A stretch of 64,000 nucleotides of DNA from an uncultured Candidatus Rokubacteria bacterium (GTDB lineage: Bacteria > Methylomirabilota > Methylomirabilia > Rokubacteriales > DASRDR01), in assembly GCA_963708025.1 (NCBI GenBank), contig CAVPSB010000049.1:160001-224000 (forward strand). Reading direction: 5' to 3'. How positions within the stretch are numbered: the stretch's first letter is position 1; every line of letters starts with the position of its first letter. The notes below the pieces were generated by a model. It ran no database searches, was not told the origin of the DNA, and saw only the letters and a program-made list of their open reading frames with translations. The position numbers were made by a program, and so were the translations under genes. Shown piece by piece: positions 39,062 to 48,874 of the stretch.

Positions 39062-39475
39062 TCATCGCTCCGCTGCCGGCGTGCCGACACCCACAGGTTC
39101 TTGGTCAGCGGTCAAAGAACGGATGACGGCCTCGAGCTCCTCGGCCATCTGGCTTCGCTCTCGCAAGAGGGCGTCATGCCGCTCGCGGAGCTCTTGCAGC
39201 GCGTGGCGGCGGATTTCGGATTCGGTGAGGAGCGCCTGGTAAGAGGCGCGCAGCTCGGTGAAGGCCTGAGCCGCTTCCCCGCTCTCTCGGCGCAAGCTCT
39301 CCTCACTCCTCCGGAGCTCCTCGTTCTCGCACTCCAGCCGGTCGAAGCGTTCGCGCAGCACTTCGTGCTGGCCCATCAGCTCCTTCATCGAGCTGACAAG
39401 CGCGTCAACGTCACCTACCATCTTCTCGGCGACCTGGACGGCGGACGGCACATCTCTGTCCTGCAGCTCGAGCAT
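39062..39475 (-). CDS. Small coiled-coil protein
   Basis: Heptad E/R/L-rich sequence, AGGAG RBS. Confidence 0.7.
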   Translation of the reverse strand: MLELQDRDVPSAVQVAEKMVGDVDALVSSMKELMGQHEVLRERFDRLECENEELRRSEESLRRESGEAAQAFTELRASYQALLTESEIRRHALQELRERHDALLRERSQMAEELEAVIRSLTADQEPVGVGTPAAER

Positions 39476-40109
39476 CGCGACTCCTTTCCTCATGGGGATG
39501 GCGTTCTGGTCGCCTCCGAGGCAGATTGGCTGACCCCAACCGCGCGACGGTGAGCTCGATCAGACCGGCATGCCGTCGGCTCGCGCCTAACATCTGCGCC
39601 GCGTGGACCGGTGTCAAGAGCTTATTTCGCCACTCCCCATGCGGGTGCGAGGCAATCGAGACGCTCGAAGGCAGGCTGCATCTGCTCGCGCGCATACCTG
39701 CCCTTCGGATCCGCATTGGCCGCGGCGTCGCGACCCGCGTAGCCCTCGAACCCGCACTAGGCGCGTCGAAAGCGTGCTGGTGGACAACGGTGCATAAGTG
39801 GATAACTGTTCACGGCCGTGCCGTAGGATTCGCCGACCTGAGCGTCCAAGGCCGAAGAACCAGCAGTAATGGACGGGGGATCCGGAGACCTCCTCGATCC
39901 GCGGGCGGAGATCCGCCAGGTAGCGCGATAGCGTGTCGAAAAGGCGGGCATCTCGCTCATCCCAGGCGCGTTAGTCGCCCACCACCCCGAGCACCAGCAC
40001 GACCGCCTGACCCTGCCCTTGCTCGACATAGGCCAGTTCTGATCCCGTTTACCCTGACCTGCTTGCCGGGAGTCATGGCAGTCCTTTTCAACACGGTCCG
40101 GCCGGACAG

Positions 40110-41200
40110 CTACGGCCCGAACGTCACACAGACCGGCGAACCTAGCTCAGCGGCTTGGCCGGCCGGAGTGAGCTTGCCGGAAGCCGCATCCACCTTGAAG
40201 ACGACGATGTTGCCCGTCTCCTGGTTTGCCGCGAGCAGCCAGCGGCCGGACAGATCGAGAGCGAAGTTGCGCGGCCCTCGACCCTGGGTGCTGGTGTGTT
40301 CGATGAACGTGAGCCGCCCACCAGCGCCAATCGCGAACACCGCGATGCTGTTGTGGCCTCGGTTCGAGCCGTAGAGGACTTTTCCGGTTGGGTGCACAAA
40401 GATCTCCGCGGTCGTGTTCTGCCCGGCAAAACCTTCCGGGAGCGTCGTGATCTCCTGCACTTGCTCGAGAGCCCCGGTGGTGGCGTCGTGCTCGAAGACT
40501 GTGATCGTGTTGAGCATCTCATTGATCACGTAAGCAAAGCCGTCATGGAAAGCGAGATGGCGCGGGCCCGAACCCGGCCGCACCTTGGCGAATCCTTGGA
40601 TCGTTCGGAGTGAGTGTCCCTTTCTGCGCATCGAGCCGGTAGATGAGCACCTGGTCGGTTCCGAGATCGCAAGCGTAGACGAAGCCTCCCTGCGTGTAGA
40701 TGCTGTGAGCGTGGGGACGTTCCTGCCGTCTCGCATTGGGGCCGGAACCCGTGTGCTGCACGAACCCGGTTGCCTCGCCGAGGGTGCCGTCGTCGTGAAT
40801 CGGGAGCGCGGCCACGCTACCGCCGCCGTAGTTCGCGACGACCACGTACTTCCCGGCGCCATCGACGACAAGATGACATGCCTCAGCGCCGCGCGACGCT
40901 TTCGAATTCAGCGGCGCGAGTCCATCGTCCGCCCCGATCGCGTAGGCACTCACGCCGCCGCTTCCAGTCTCGTTGACGGAATAGAGGAATCTCCGGTTGG
41001 GATGAAGCGCAAGAAACGTCGGGTTCTTCGTTTCTGCAACCAGGCCGCCGGCCGTCAGAGCGCCGGTTTCGGAGTTCAGGCGAAACAGGTAAATGCCTTT
41101 GCTGCCCCCCTTCTTCGTGTACGTGCCCACGTAAACCCTGAGATCGGCGGCAGAGACAGAAGTGTCAGACGTGGCGAGCACGGCGGGAGTGATGAACGCG
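40110..41200 (-). CDS. 6-phosphogluconolactonase-like beta-propeller lactonase (frameshift near 40595, start unclear)
   Basis: VYVGTYT, NPTFLALHP, VANYGGGSV, RQERPHAH, DLGTD, GSGPRHLAFH, SNRGHNSIA, PRNF, ANQ motifs. Confidence 0.88.
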
Positions 41201-41361
41201 ACAGAACGGAGCCTGGCGCGATCAGCTCTCCTTCTGGCGCGATGCGCTGCGACCTCGCCACCTCGTCATTGCTCGTCTCACCAGGCTGCCGATCCTGCGC
41301 CGAATAAGCCGGGGCTTCGAATCGGTCCCGGCGGGCTCAGCCCGCGCGACCAGATCGGTCC

Positions 41362-42648
41362 TCATCCGCCGGCGCCGGTCCGTGCTCGCCGGATGGGTGC
41401 GCTCATGGAAAAGCGCAGCGCATGCGCCGCGTACCCGATCGGCCTCGAGAAGTACCGGAGTGCGCCCGCCGAGCTCGGACGCCCGAGCGCGGCGCCGCGG
41501 AGATACTCGCGCGAGGGGAACAGGAGCCACTGGAGCACGCGCGCCTGCGTTCGCCAGCCACCCGGCATCCTGCGGAGCAGGGCGAGAAGAGGCTGGCGCG
41601 ACCCGTTGCGCGCGGCGAAGAGAGCCACGTCGCGCTCCACCGCCGGCGCGCGGTCGAATGCCTCGGCGAGCCGGTCAAGAAAGACGCCGGGGACCCGAGC
41701 GCCGAAGGTGTCGCTCAGATAGCGCAGCATCACGTAGAGCGGGAGCGTGAGTCGCGCGCGCCAGGCGATGTCGAGCACCTCGTGCCAGTCGAGGTCCGAC
41801 TCCCGGTCGATGATGAACCACGCATCGCACACCCAACGCAGGCTCGCCCGACTCGCGGAATACGAGGCATGCCCGCAGACGTGCACCAGGGCGTGCTCAG
41901 GCGAGAGTACGCGCGCCGCCACGCCGGCGATCGTGGTTGCCCGGCTGCGCTCCCATGCCTCGGTCGCGGGAAGGCTGTAGAACGGCAGCGCGAAGAGCTT
42001 GGCGTGCAGCTCGAGCGGAAGTCCCGAGGGATGATCGAGCCGGATGTCCGAGGGGCCGTAGTCTGGCGAGGCCGAGGCCGGCGTGAAACCGGCCGTGCCG
42101 AGCGCCCGCACAGCACGCTCCAGGTCATCGGGCGCGACGAGGAGGTCGATGTCGTGGCAGTGCCGTTGGGCCGGATGGTCGTACACGATCTCGGCCAGTG
42201 CCGCGCCCTTGATCACGAGCACGGACACTCCACTCGCGCCCAGCGCCTCGAGCGCGGCGCGGCAGATTGCGCGATAGGCGTCGTTGCGCATCGCCTCGCG
42301 GGCGTACGAGGTCGTGAGGTATGGACGCAGCGCCGGATCCACCTCCGCCGCATTGCGGCGAAGCGCGGTGAAGAGGAGCGGGAGGATCTGCTTCGCTCCC
42401 CCCGCGTCGTCCGCCACGGCGGCCTTCACATCCGCGTGGTAGCGCTGCCACTGGCGCCACGCGTCCCGCCCCGGCTCGGCAGACAGCAGGCAGGCGCGCA
42501 GCAGCCACGTCTGGTCGGCCCGCGGGAGGACGATGCCGAGCGCGCTCGCCAGCCGCGAGCGGGCGAGCGGCGCCCCAGGCACGCGGAACGCGCCCGGGTG
42601 GCCAAGGGGACTGCCCGACGAGTGCTCCAGGGCGCCGCCCACGCTCAT
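41362..42648 (-). CDS. Nucleotidyltransferase family protein (NTP_transf_5-like)
   Basis: LVIKGAALA...R.CHDIDLLV, LELH, VHVCGH, LRWVCDA motifs. Confidence 0.88.
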   Translation of the reverse strand: MSVGGALEHSSGSPLGHPGAFRVPGAPLARSRLASALGIVLPRADQTWLLRACLLSAEPGRDAWRQWQRYHADVKAAVADDAGGAKQILPLLFTALRRNAAEVDPALRPYLTTSYAREAMRNDAYRAICRAALEALGASGVSVLVIKGAALAEIVYDHPAQRHCHDIDLLVAPDDLERAVRALGTAGFTPASASPDYGPSDIRLDHPSGLPLELHAKLFALPFYSLPATEAWERSRATTIAGVAARVLSPEHALVHVCGHASYSASRASLRWVCDAWFIIDRESDLDWHEVLDIAWRARLTLPLYVMLRYLSDTFGARVPGVFLDRLAEAFDRAPAVERDVALFAARNGSRQPLLALLRRMPGGWRTQARVLQWLLFPSREYLRGAALGRPSSAGALRYFSRPIGYAAHALRFSMSAPIRRARTGAGG

Positions 42649-43388
42649 GTCTTCTTCTCGGCGGAGGAATCGGCAAGCGCCTCGGTACGGCGCCGGTCGA
42701 GCGACGACTTCAGGAATGCCAGCCACTCGTCGCGCGCCTGCGCGGTCTTCCGCCGGGTGAGGTTGGTGTGGTGCATGCGGCGGTACGTGAGCACATCGGA
42801 CAGCACCTCGCTTACCGCACCCAGGGCCGCGGCTCGCATGAACCAGTCGGCGGCGTCGGCAAACCAGAGCTGGGGGTCGAACCCTCCGACGCGGTCGAAC
42901 ACCGCGCGCCGCGCGAGGAGCGTGGTGGTGGCGTAGCCCGGCGGCTGCACGCGCTCGGAGTCCTTGTACTTCTCTTCCTCCTCCTTGAGCTCCGCGATCC
43001 AGAAGAGCTTCACGTACGAGAGACAGTAATCCAGCTCCGGGCGGGCGGCGAAGCGCGCCATCTGTCGCTCCAGCTTTTCCGGATGCCAGAGATCGTCGCC
43101 GTCCAAGAAGGCCACCATCTCTCCGCGCGCCTCACGCAGCCCGGCGTTTCGCGCGGCCGGCGGCCCCATATTGGACTCCCAATAGTAGCGCACCTGCGTC
43201 CCATATTGCTCCACCAGCGCCCTGGTACCGTCGGTCGACCCGTCGTCGATGACGACGATCTCGATCGGGCGATACGTCTGCGCGAGGATGCTGTCGATCG
43301 CTTCCTGGATGTAGCGCTCCCCGTTGTACGTGGGCACGATGCAGCTGATGAGAGGATTCATGGCGCCCTCCGAGCCTGTCGCGCTCAT
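42645..43388 (-). CDS. GT2 family glycosyltransferase
   Basis: ISCIVPTYN, IDDGSTD, ARNAG, FLDGDDLW, YRRMH. Confidence 0.93.
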   Translation of the reverse strand: MSATGSEGAMNPLISCIVPTYNGERYIQEAIDSILAQTYRPIEIVVIDDGSTDGTRALVEQYGTQVRYYWESNMGPPAARNAGLREARGEMVAFLDGDDLWHPEKLERQMARFAARPELDYCLSYVKLFWIAELKEEEEKYKDSERVQPPGYATTTLLARRAVFDRVGGFDPQLWFADAADWFMRAAALGAVSEVLSDVLTYRRMHHTNLTRRKTAQARDEWLAFLKSSLDRRRTEALADSSAEKKT

Positions 43389-44524
43389 GCCAAGCTCCGT
43401 TGCGCGCGCCCGCGCTCGGCGAGCCCGCGGATCAGCTCGTCGTACGCGTCCACGTGCTGCTCCCAGCCAAAGGCAGCTAGGGCTCGCTGCCGAGCGGCCC
43501 TGCCCATCGCCGCGGCGCACCGCGGATCGTCCAGCAGCCTCGCGATGGCTCGTAAGAGGGCGCCGATGTCTTCGGGCTCGATGAGCAGTCCCGTCTCGCC
43601 GTCGACGACCACCTCGGGGAGCCCACCCACGCGTGCGGCGATGACCGGGCGCTCGAGTTGCCCCGCCTGCAGCACGGCGAGGCCGAACCCCTCCTCCACG
43701 CGTGAGGGCATCAGCACCATGGTGGACTGCGCAATCACCGCCGGGATCTGCGCGGGGTTCACCCACCCCAGGAAGTCCACGCGATCGGCGATGCCGAGGG
43801 CGTGCGCCTGACGCTCCAGCCTCGCGCGCTCCTCGCCGTCGCCGGCGATGGTGAGGCGAAGCAGCGGATAGCGCGGCGCGATCCGGGCCAGCGCCGACAG
43901 CGCGAGGTCGAAGCCCTTCTCCTTCGTGGCCAGGCGTCCGACGCAGAGTAGGCGTGGCGCCTCGAGCGGCGGAGGCGTGGGCGCGTGCGCCGTGGCCTCC
44001 AGTCCGTTGAGGATCACGGAGCAGCGGTCAGCGATCTCGGGCGCCTGCCGGCGTATGCGCTCGAGCGTCGCGGCGGAGCACGCCGTCACCCATTCGGCAT
44101 CGCGCAGCAGGCGCCGCAGCACGGAGTTGGGGGTGAGCACGTGGTCGGGGAAGGCGCCATGCAATGTGCACAGCGTGGCCGCCGGGTGCGCGTCGCGTGT
44201 CTCGAGATGCAGAACGGTATCGAAGGTCGCATGGTAAACGTGTACGACCTCCGGCGCAAAGCCGCGCTTGAGCTGCGCCACCGTCCGCCGCAGCTCGAAC
44301 CAGCGCAGCGCGTCGCGGCTCTCCGCCACCTGCAGGAAATCGAAGCGGCGCACCGGAACGCCCTCGAAGCTGGACTCGGCGGCGAGCTCCAGCTCGTCGC
44401 GTCGGGTGACCACCAGAATCTGGTGCCCCCGGTCGCGCAGCGCGGTGACCAGGCGGGCGCCGAGCACCTCGACCCCACCGATGTTCGGCCAGAACGCGTC
44501 ACACCAGAAAAGAATGCGGCTCAC
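43385..44524 (-). CDS. GT4 family glycosyltransferase
   Basis: FWPNIGGVE, VILNG, VGRL..EKG, EGFGLAVLQA, VGGLPEVV. Confidence 0.93.
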   Translation of the reverse strand: MSRILFWCDAFWPNIGGVEVLGARLVTALRDRGHQILVVTRRDELELAAESSFEGVPVRRFDFLQVAESRDALRWFELRRTVAQLKRGFAPEVVHVYHATFDTVLHLETRDAHPAATLCTLHGAFPDHVLTPNSVLRRLLRDAEWVTACSAATLERIRRQAPEIADRCSVILNGLEATAHAPTPPPLEAPRLLCVGRLATKEKGFDLALSALARIAPRYPLLRLTIAGDGEERARLERQAHALGIADRVDFLGWVNPAQIPAVIAQSTMVLMPSRVEEGFGLAVLQAGQLERPVIAARVGGLPEVVVDGETGLLIEPEDIGALLRAIARLLDDPRCAAAMGRAARQRALAAFGWEQHVDAYDELIRGLAERGRAQRSLA

Positions 44525-44800
44525 GGCGCATCGACCGCGAGCGAGTCGAGGAGCTCGTTCACGCGGGCGGGGATGGTCTCGAGGTCGCTCCCCATCTCGA
44601 GCCGATGTGATGGCACCCGCTCCACGAGGCACACGAGCGCGTCGAAGCCTCGTCGTGCCGGCATGAACGGGAGCATGAGCAGCGAGCTGGGCACCAGCGT
44701 GCGGAGCGCTTCGGCGCGCGATACGGGGCTCAGGTGTGCGCCCGCCGCGGCCGACGATCCTGGGAAGGACCAACGCTCGAACCGGCACCATGCTCTCATG
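44521..44800 (-). pseudogene. C-terminal remnant of an HPr-kinase-like (P-loop serine kinase) protein
   Basis: VPVRALVLPRI.. plus LSPVSRAEALRTLVPSSL...LVERVPSHRLEMGSDLETIP match the tail of PqqD-associated kinases; the Walker A region is missing. Confidence 0.6.
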
Positions 44801-44890
44801 GCGACCAAGCGTGTCCGCCGCTGCGCGCTGCGTGCGTATGCGATTCGTGCCCGTCCGCCGAGTGACGAGACTGCACGCCGCGCTTCGCCA

Positions 44891-45349
44891 CTAGAGGCCC
44901 GACCGCGGTGCCGGCGGTGCCGACTCCTGCCATGGGACCTCCTTGAGGCCCGGCATCGGCGGGTCGAGCGCGAGGAGGTCGGCCATGTCGCGGTAGCTGT
45001 TGAGGCGCGGCTCCTGGTACGGCTGCTTCGCGCCAGGCGACGCGCCGGTCGTGGGCGCCGCGGCGTCGCCGACGGCCGGCGTCACCAGCTTCTCGGCGAT
45101 GAGCTCGTCGAGGAGTCGTTGCGCGTCCTCGAGCGCGCGCTGGCCAGTGACCTCGTACCGCGCGACGACGCCGTCCACAATCTCCTCGAAGGGCCGTCCC
45201 TCGGCGACCAGCGACCAGATGAATCCACCCACCTTGTCCATGCTGTAGTACGTGCCGTTGGACAGATTGATGATGACGGCTTCGCCGTCGATCACCTTCG
45301 CGGCGCACTCCTCCTCGTTCGGTACCAGGCGGCTACGCGGTGACAGCAT
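44891..45349 (-). CDS. PqqD/RRE family protein with C-terminal leader-like tail
   Basis: KVIDGEAVIINLSNGTYYSMDKVGGFIW..FEEIVD.VVARYEV..D.QRLLDELIAEKLV, then a linker and YQEPRLNSYRDMADLLALDPP. Confidence 0.9.
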   Translation of the reverse strand: MLSPRSRLVPNEEECAAKVIDGEAVIINLSNGTYYSMDKVGGFIWSLVAEGRPFEEIVDGVVARYEVTGQRALEDAQRLLDELIAEKLVTPAVGDAAAPTTGASPGAKQPYQEPRLNSYRDMADLLALDPPMPGLKEVPWQESAPPAPRSGL

Positions 45350-46463
45350 GTGCATTCTCCTTGGCGACCTGCTGGTACAGAATGTCGAATTGGGAGACGT
45401 GACGCTCGATCGTGAATTCCTCCAGCGCGCGCTGGCGGCCCACGATGCCCATCCGCGCTGCCACGTCGGGATTCTCCAACAAGTACAGTATCGCGTCGGC
45501 GAGTGCACCGGGGTCTTCCTTCTCGACCAGCAGCCCGGTATCCCCGTGCACCACCACCTCCGGCACCCCACCAACGCGACTCGCGATCACGGGACGCGCC
45601 ATCTGGGCGCCCTGCAGTGCCACGAGTCCGAATGCTTCCTTCCACCGGGAGGGCTGCAGCACCATCGTCGAGGCGTTGATGAGCTGCGGAACGTCTGCGG
45701 GGGCAACCCATCCCAGAAAGTCCACGGCATAGGCGATCCCGAGTTCCGCCGCCTGCCGCTCGAGCGCGGCTCGCGCCACTCCATCACCGGCCAGCACCAA
45801 CCGCGCGCGGTGGAACCTCGCGCGCACTTTCGCGAATGCGGTGAGCGCGGTGTCGAACCCCTTCTCTTCCACCAGACGCCCGATGGCCAGAATGCGCGGC
45901 GGATCCAGTGGGAGCGCGCTTGGGCGAAGAGCGGGCACGTCCAGCCCGTTGTGCACGACGGATGAGCGAGGCTGGATCTCGGGCACGAGCTGCCGCGCCT
46001 CGTCGAGCACCGCCATGGAGGGGGCCGTGACCCATGCCGCATCGCGCAACGCGCGGCCGAAGAGCGAGTCGCCCATCGCGGCGGCGGCGGGCACGAAGAC
46101 AGGAAGAGTGACGAGCAGCGGTGCCGGCCACGCGTCGGCGGTCTGATAGTGGAAGAGGAAGCTCGGGTCGGTGATGTTGAGGTGCACGAGATCGGGGCGG
46201 AGCTCTCGCTTGAGCGCGGCCAGTCCCCGCCGTGCCCGCACGATCTCCTCGAGGTCTCTAGTCGCGATCGCGGTCTGGAAGCGAAAGCGATGCACCGGTA
46301 CTCCCTCGTGCTCCGCGAGATCCGGTAGATCGAGATGACCATGCGAGGTGACGACGCACGGCTCGTGGCCGCAGCGACGCAGCCCGCGGAGCAGCTGCGG
46401 CGACCGTACCTCGACGCCGCCGATGTACGGGGCGTACAGTGCCGTCCAGTAGATCACGCGCAT
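45333..46463 (-). CDS. GT4 family glycosyltransferase
   Basis: YAPYIGGVE, VVHNG, IGRLVEEKG, EAFGLVALQG, VGGVPEVV. Confidence 0.93.
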   Translation of the reverse strand: MRVIYWTALYAPYIGGVEVRSPQLLRGLRRCGHEPCVVTSHGHLDLPDLAEHEGVPVHRFRFQTAIATRDLEEIVRARRGLAALKRELRPDLVHLNITDPSFLFHYQTADAWPAPLLVTLPVFVPAAAAMGDSLFGRALRDAAWVTAPSMAVLDEARQLVPEIQPRSSVVHNGLDVPALRPSALPLDPPRILAIGRLVEEKGFDTALTAFAKVRARFHRARLVLAGDGVARAALERQAAELGIAYAVDFLGWVAPADVPQLINASTMVLQPSRWKEAFGLVALQGAQMARPVIASRVGGVPEVVVHGDTGLLVEKEDPGALADAILYLLENPDVAARMGIVGRQRALEEFTIERHVSQFDILYQQVAKENAHAVTA

Positions 46464-46660
46464 GGAGATCCTCCCGCTGCGTCGCTGTCCATGTTCACCA
46501 CTCTCCATTCGCTGGACACGGAGCAGAACCTCCCTGATCAGGAGGATCACCGCCGCCGACGCGGCTGGGCGGTGCCGGCACGAACCGTGCGAGGAGGCGC
46601 TTCTCCCATCGGAAGAGGTGGCCGATGAACTGTCTCGCCGGATTTCTCATGGTCGGGTCG

Positions 46661-47926
46661 TCAGGGCGACCAGAATCGCCACTCCGCCCGGCCCCGCCGC
46701 GTCGTGGACACAGCCAAGCCGGCCAGGTAGAGCCCGCACTGATAGGCGGCCAGCTTGGCGAACTCGATTGGCGCGGACAGGCGGGACCGACGCGAGACCG
46801 AGACACGCAACTCCTCCCAGAGCCAGCGCAGGGGGTCCTGGCTGCCCGTCACCAACTGGCGCAGATATCTGGCCCGTTCCCGTCCGCTCGGTTGGATCCA
46901 CAGGGCGAGGAGGCGTCCAGCCGCGGCTTTCTGAAAGCGCTGGTCGAGGAGAGACGGCTCCGGTCTGAGGACCCCCAGGTGGAAGCAGGTCAAGAGATCT
47001 GGCCGGATGCGCCTGAGCACGTGATGCGGAACATCGGTCTCGAAAATCCTCCGAGTTAGCTGCAGCGACAGGGCCAGCCCGTTCAGGAGCCCGCCCCGAC
47101 GCGCGCTGTCTTCGACCAGGTCCCACCGAAACCGTGGGTTCGCCCTGATGATCCGGTCGATGTCCACGAATCTGACGAGGCGATCGAAGCCGCCCTGGGT
47201 GTTCTGGCTGACCACGTGGAGCAACTGGTGCTCTGGACAGGGAAGGCGGAAGTCCGGTTTGCCGGAGTGGAACTCGGCCCAGGCGAGAAAGTCCTCGGTG
47301 ACGAGCCGCATCGCGGAACCCGGGGCGGTCAGCCCGAAGTGCACCTCCACGATGAAGCCACGAGAGTGTCTCACGCGTACATGAAAATGGTGGTCCATGT
47401 AACCCTGGAGCTGTGCCTCGCTGTACCGATTCTCGTATCCGGAGTCGAGGAGGGCCGAGACACCCCTCTCCAGCTGGTCGGCAGGCAGGAGGAGGTCCAG
47501 GTCGCCGAACCCCCGCTCCACGGGCTCGCCATAGAGAGTCGTACACAGCGCTCCCCCCTTGAGCATGACGGGATCGAGCCCGCGGCGGTGGAGAACGCTG
47601 AGCACGCGATCGCGCTCGACCAGCCACAGGCCGGCGCGGCGGCGCAGGCGCGCGAGGGGGTGGGCCAGCTCGTCGCGCGTCTCGGAGGACAGCATCTCTT
47701 GAACGGCCGGACGCTCCAGCGCCACGAGGACCAGTCCCAGCACGCCATGACGCCGTGCGAAATCCAGGAAACGCTCGCGATCCCCTGACCGAGCGAGGCC
47801 GCGGAGGCCAGCTGCGTTGACACGGGGCTCCGGGACGTGCCGGCACAGCTCGATCACCAGGGACTGGATGGGATCGGCCAGGCCCCAGGGGGGCCGTCTC
47901 CAGCGGGCGGTGAATCCTCTCCTCAT
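46661..47926 (-). CDS. Nucleotidyltransferase family protein (NTP_transf_5-like)
   Basis: ARRHGV, VMLKGGAL...ERGFGDLDLL, VEVHF, RFVDI motifs. Confidence 0.85.
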   Translation of the reverse strand: MRRGFTARWRRPPWGLADPIQSLVIELCRHVPEPRVNAAGLRGLARSGDRERFLDFARRHGVLGLVLVALERPAVQEMLSSETRDELAHPLARLRRRAGLWLVERDRVLSVLHRRGLDPVMLKGGALCTTLYGEPVERGFGDLDLLLPADQLERGVSALLDSGYENRYSEAQLQGYMDHHFHVRVRHSRGFIVEVHFGLTAPGSAMRLVTEDFLAWAEFHSGKPDFRLPCPEHQLLHVVSQNTQGGFDRLVRFVDIDRIIRANPRFRWDLVEDSARRGGLLNGLALSLQLTRRIFETDVPHHVLRRIRPDLLTCFHLGVLRPEPSLLDQRFQKAAAGRLLALWIQPSGRERARYLRQLVTGSQDPLRWLWEELRVSVSRRSRLSAPIEFAKLAAYQCGLYLAGLAVSTTRRGRAEWRFWSP

Positions 47927-48309
47927 GTGCCACATCTGTGCCCATCACGAGGTGGACTGCGCTCCACAAGAGGCGGTCCCCCGATAGTGTGGGGATAATG
48001 CCCGAAGTGTAGCAGACTATGCCAGACTCGGGCCAGCGCGCTGAACTGGCGATCAGCGGAGTCACGCAGTCACCGCAGCGATCCCCGCTGTGAAGCGTTT
48101 TGCACATCCTGTGACGAGGGGTAGTCAGCCGATTCGACCTCATCGGAGACGCCTCGGCGACCCGTTCGACCCCCGCCTGCGCGCGCGGTGACTCGCGGAG
48201 GCTCCGCTCACCGCAACGCTCTTCAGAGCCTCCACGGTTGGCGGCGGCCCGACCGGCAGTCGCCCTCGCGACTCAGCCTCCGCGCCGATTTCGTAATGAT
48301 CGGCGACTT

Positions 48310-48439
48310 CATTGAATCGCTCTGTCGGCCGCAGGTGGCCCAATCCCCGCAAGAAGACGTCGCGAAGCGTCCCAGGCCGGTCCGGATGATAGCGGCGAAA
48401 CTGCTTGCCAAGACCCTGGAACCCGATGGCCATGGCCAT
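48310..48439 (-). pseudogene. wzt: N-terminal remnant of a polysaccharide ABC exporter ATPase
   Basis: MAMAIGFQGLGKQFRRYHPDRPGTLRDVF...ERF directly after wzm; similarity stops before Walker A. Confidence 0.7.
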
Positions 48440-48440
48440 T

Positions 48441-48870
48441 CTAGAGCTCGTCCACGAAGTCGTGGCTCGCACGCGCGAAGGTCCGTGATCCCACGGCGAG
48501 GAGAGCTCCGGATAGCACCGCGAGTGCCAGAAGAGAAGCACCATCGGGGAACTCGCCGCGGACGAGGATCGCACGATAGGCGTCGAGCAGGTAGAGCATC
48601 GGGTTCAGATGGTACACGGCTTCATGCCGCGCCGGCACGCGACTCGCCTCGTAGAAGACGGGCGTGAGGAACAGGAGAAGCTGGAGGAACCCGGCCAGGA
48701 TGTATTGAGTGTCGCGAAACGTCACATAGAGAGTCGCGGCGAGGTAGGCCAGGCCCAACGTCAGGAAAAACTGGAGCGCGATCGGAACGGGCAGCATGAG
48801 CATCGCCGGCGTCATGGATCGGTCGTCCAGAATGAAGACGAGCAACAGAATGGGAAGCGCCAGCAGGAGT
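48441..48870 (-). pseudogene. wzm: C-terminal half of an ABC-2 polysaccharide exporter permease
   Basis: LYVTFRDTQY, FLTPVFY, LNPM...YRAIL, FVDEL*; the N-terminal half is absent. Confidence 0.8.
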
Positions 48871-48874
48871 TCCG

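Noticed and set aside
44891-45349. PQQ biosynthesis or a canonical lasso peptide cluster
   Set aside because: No pqqA/B/C/E, lasso cyclase or B2 peptidase is present in the window.
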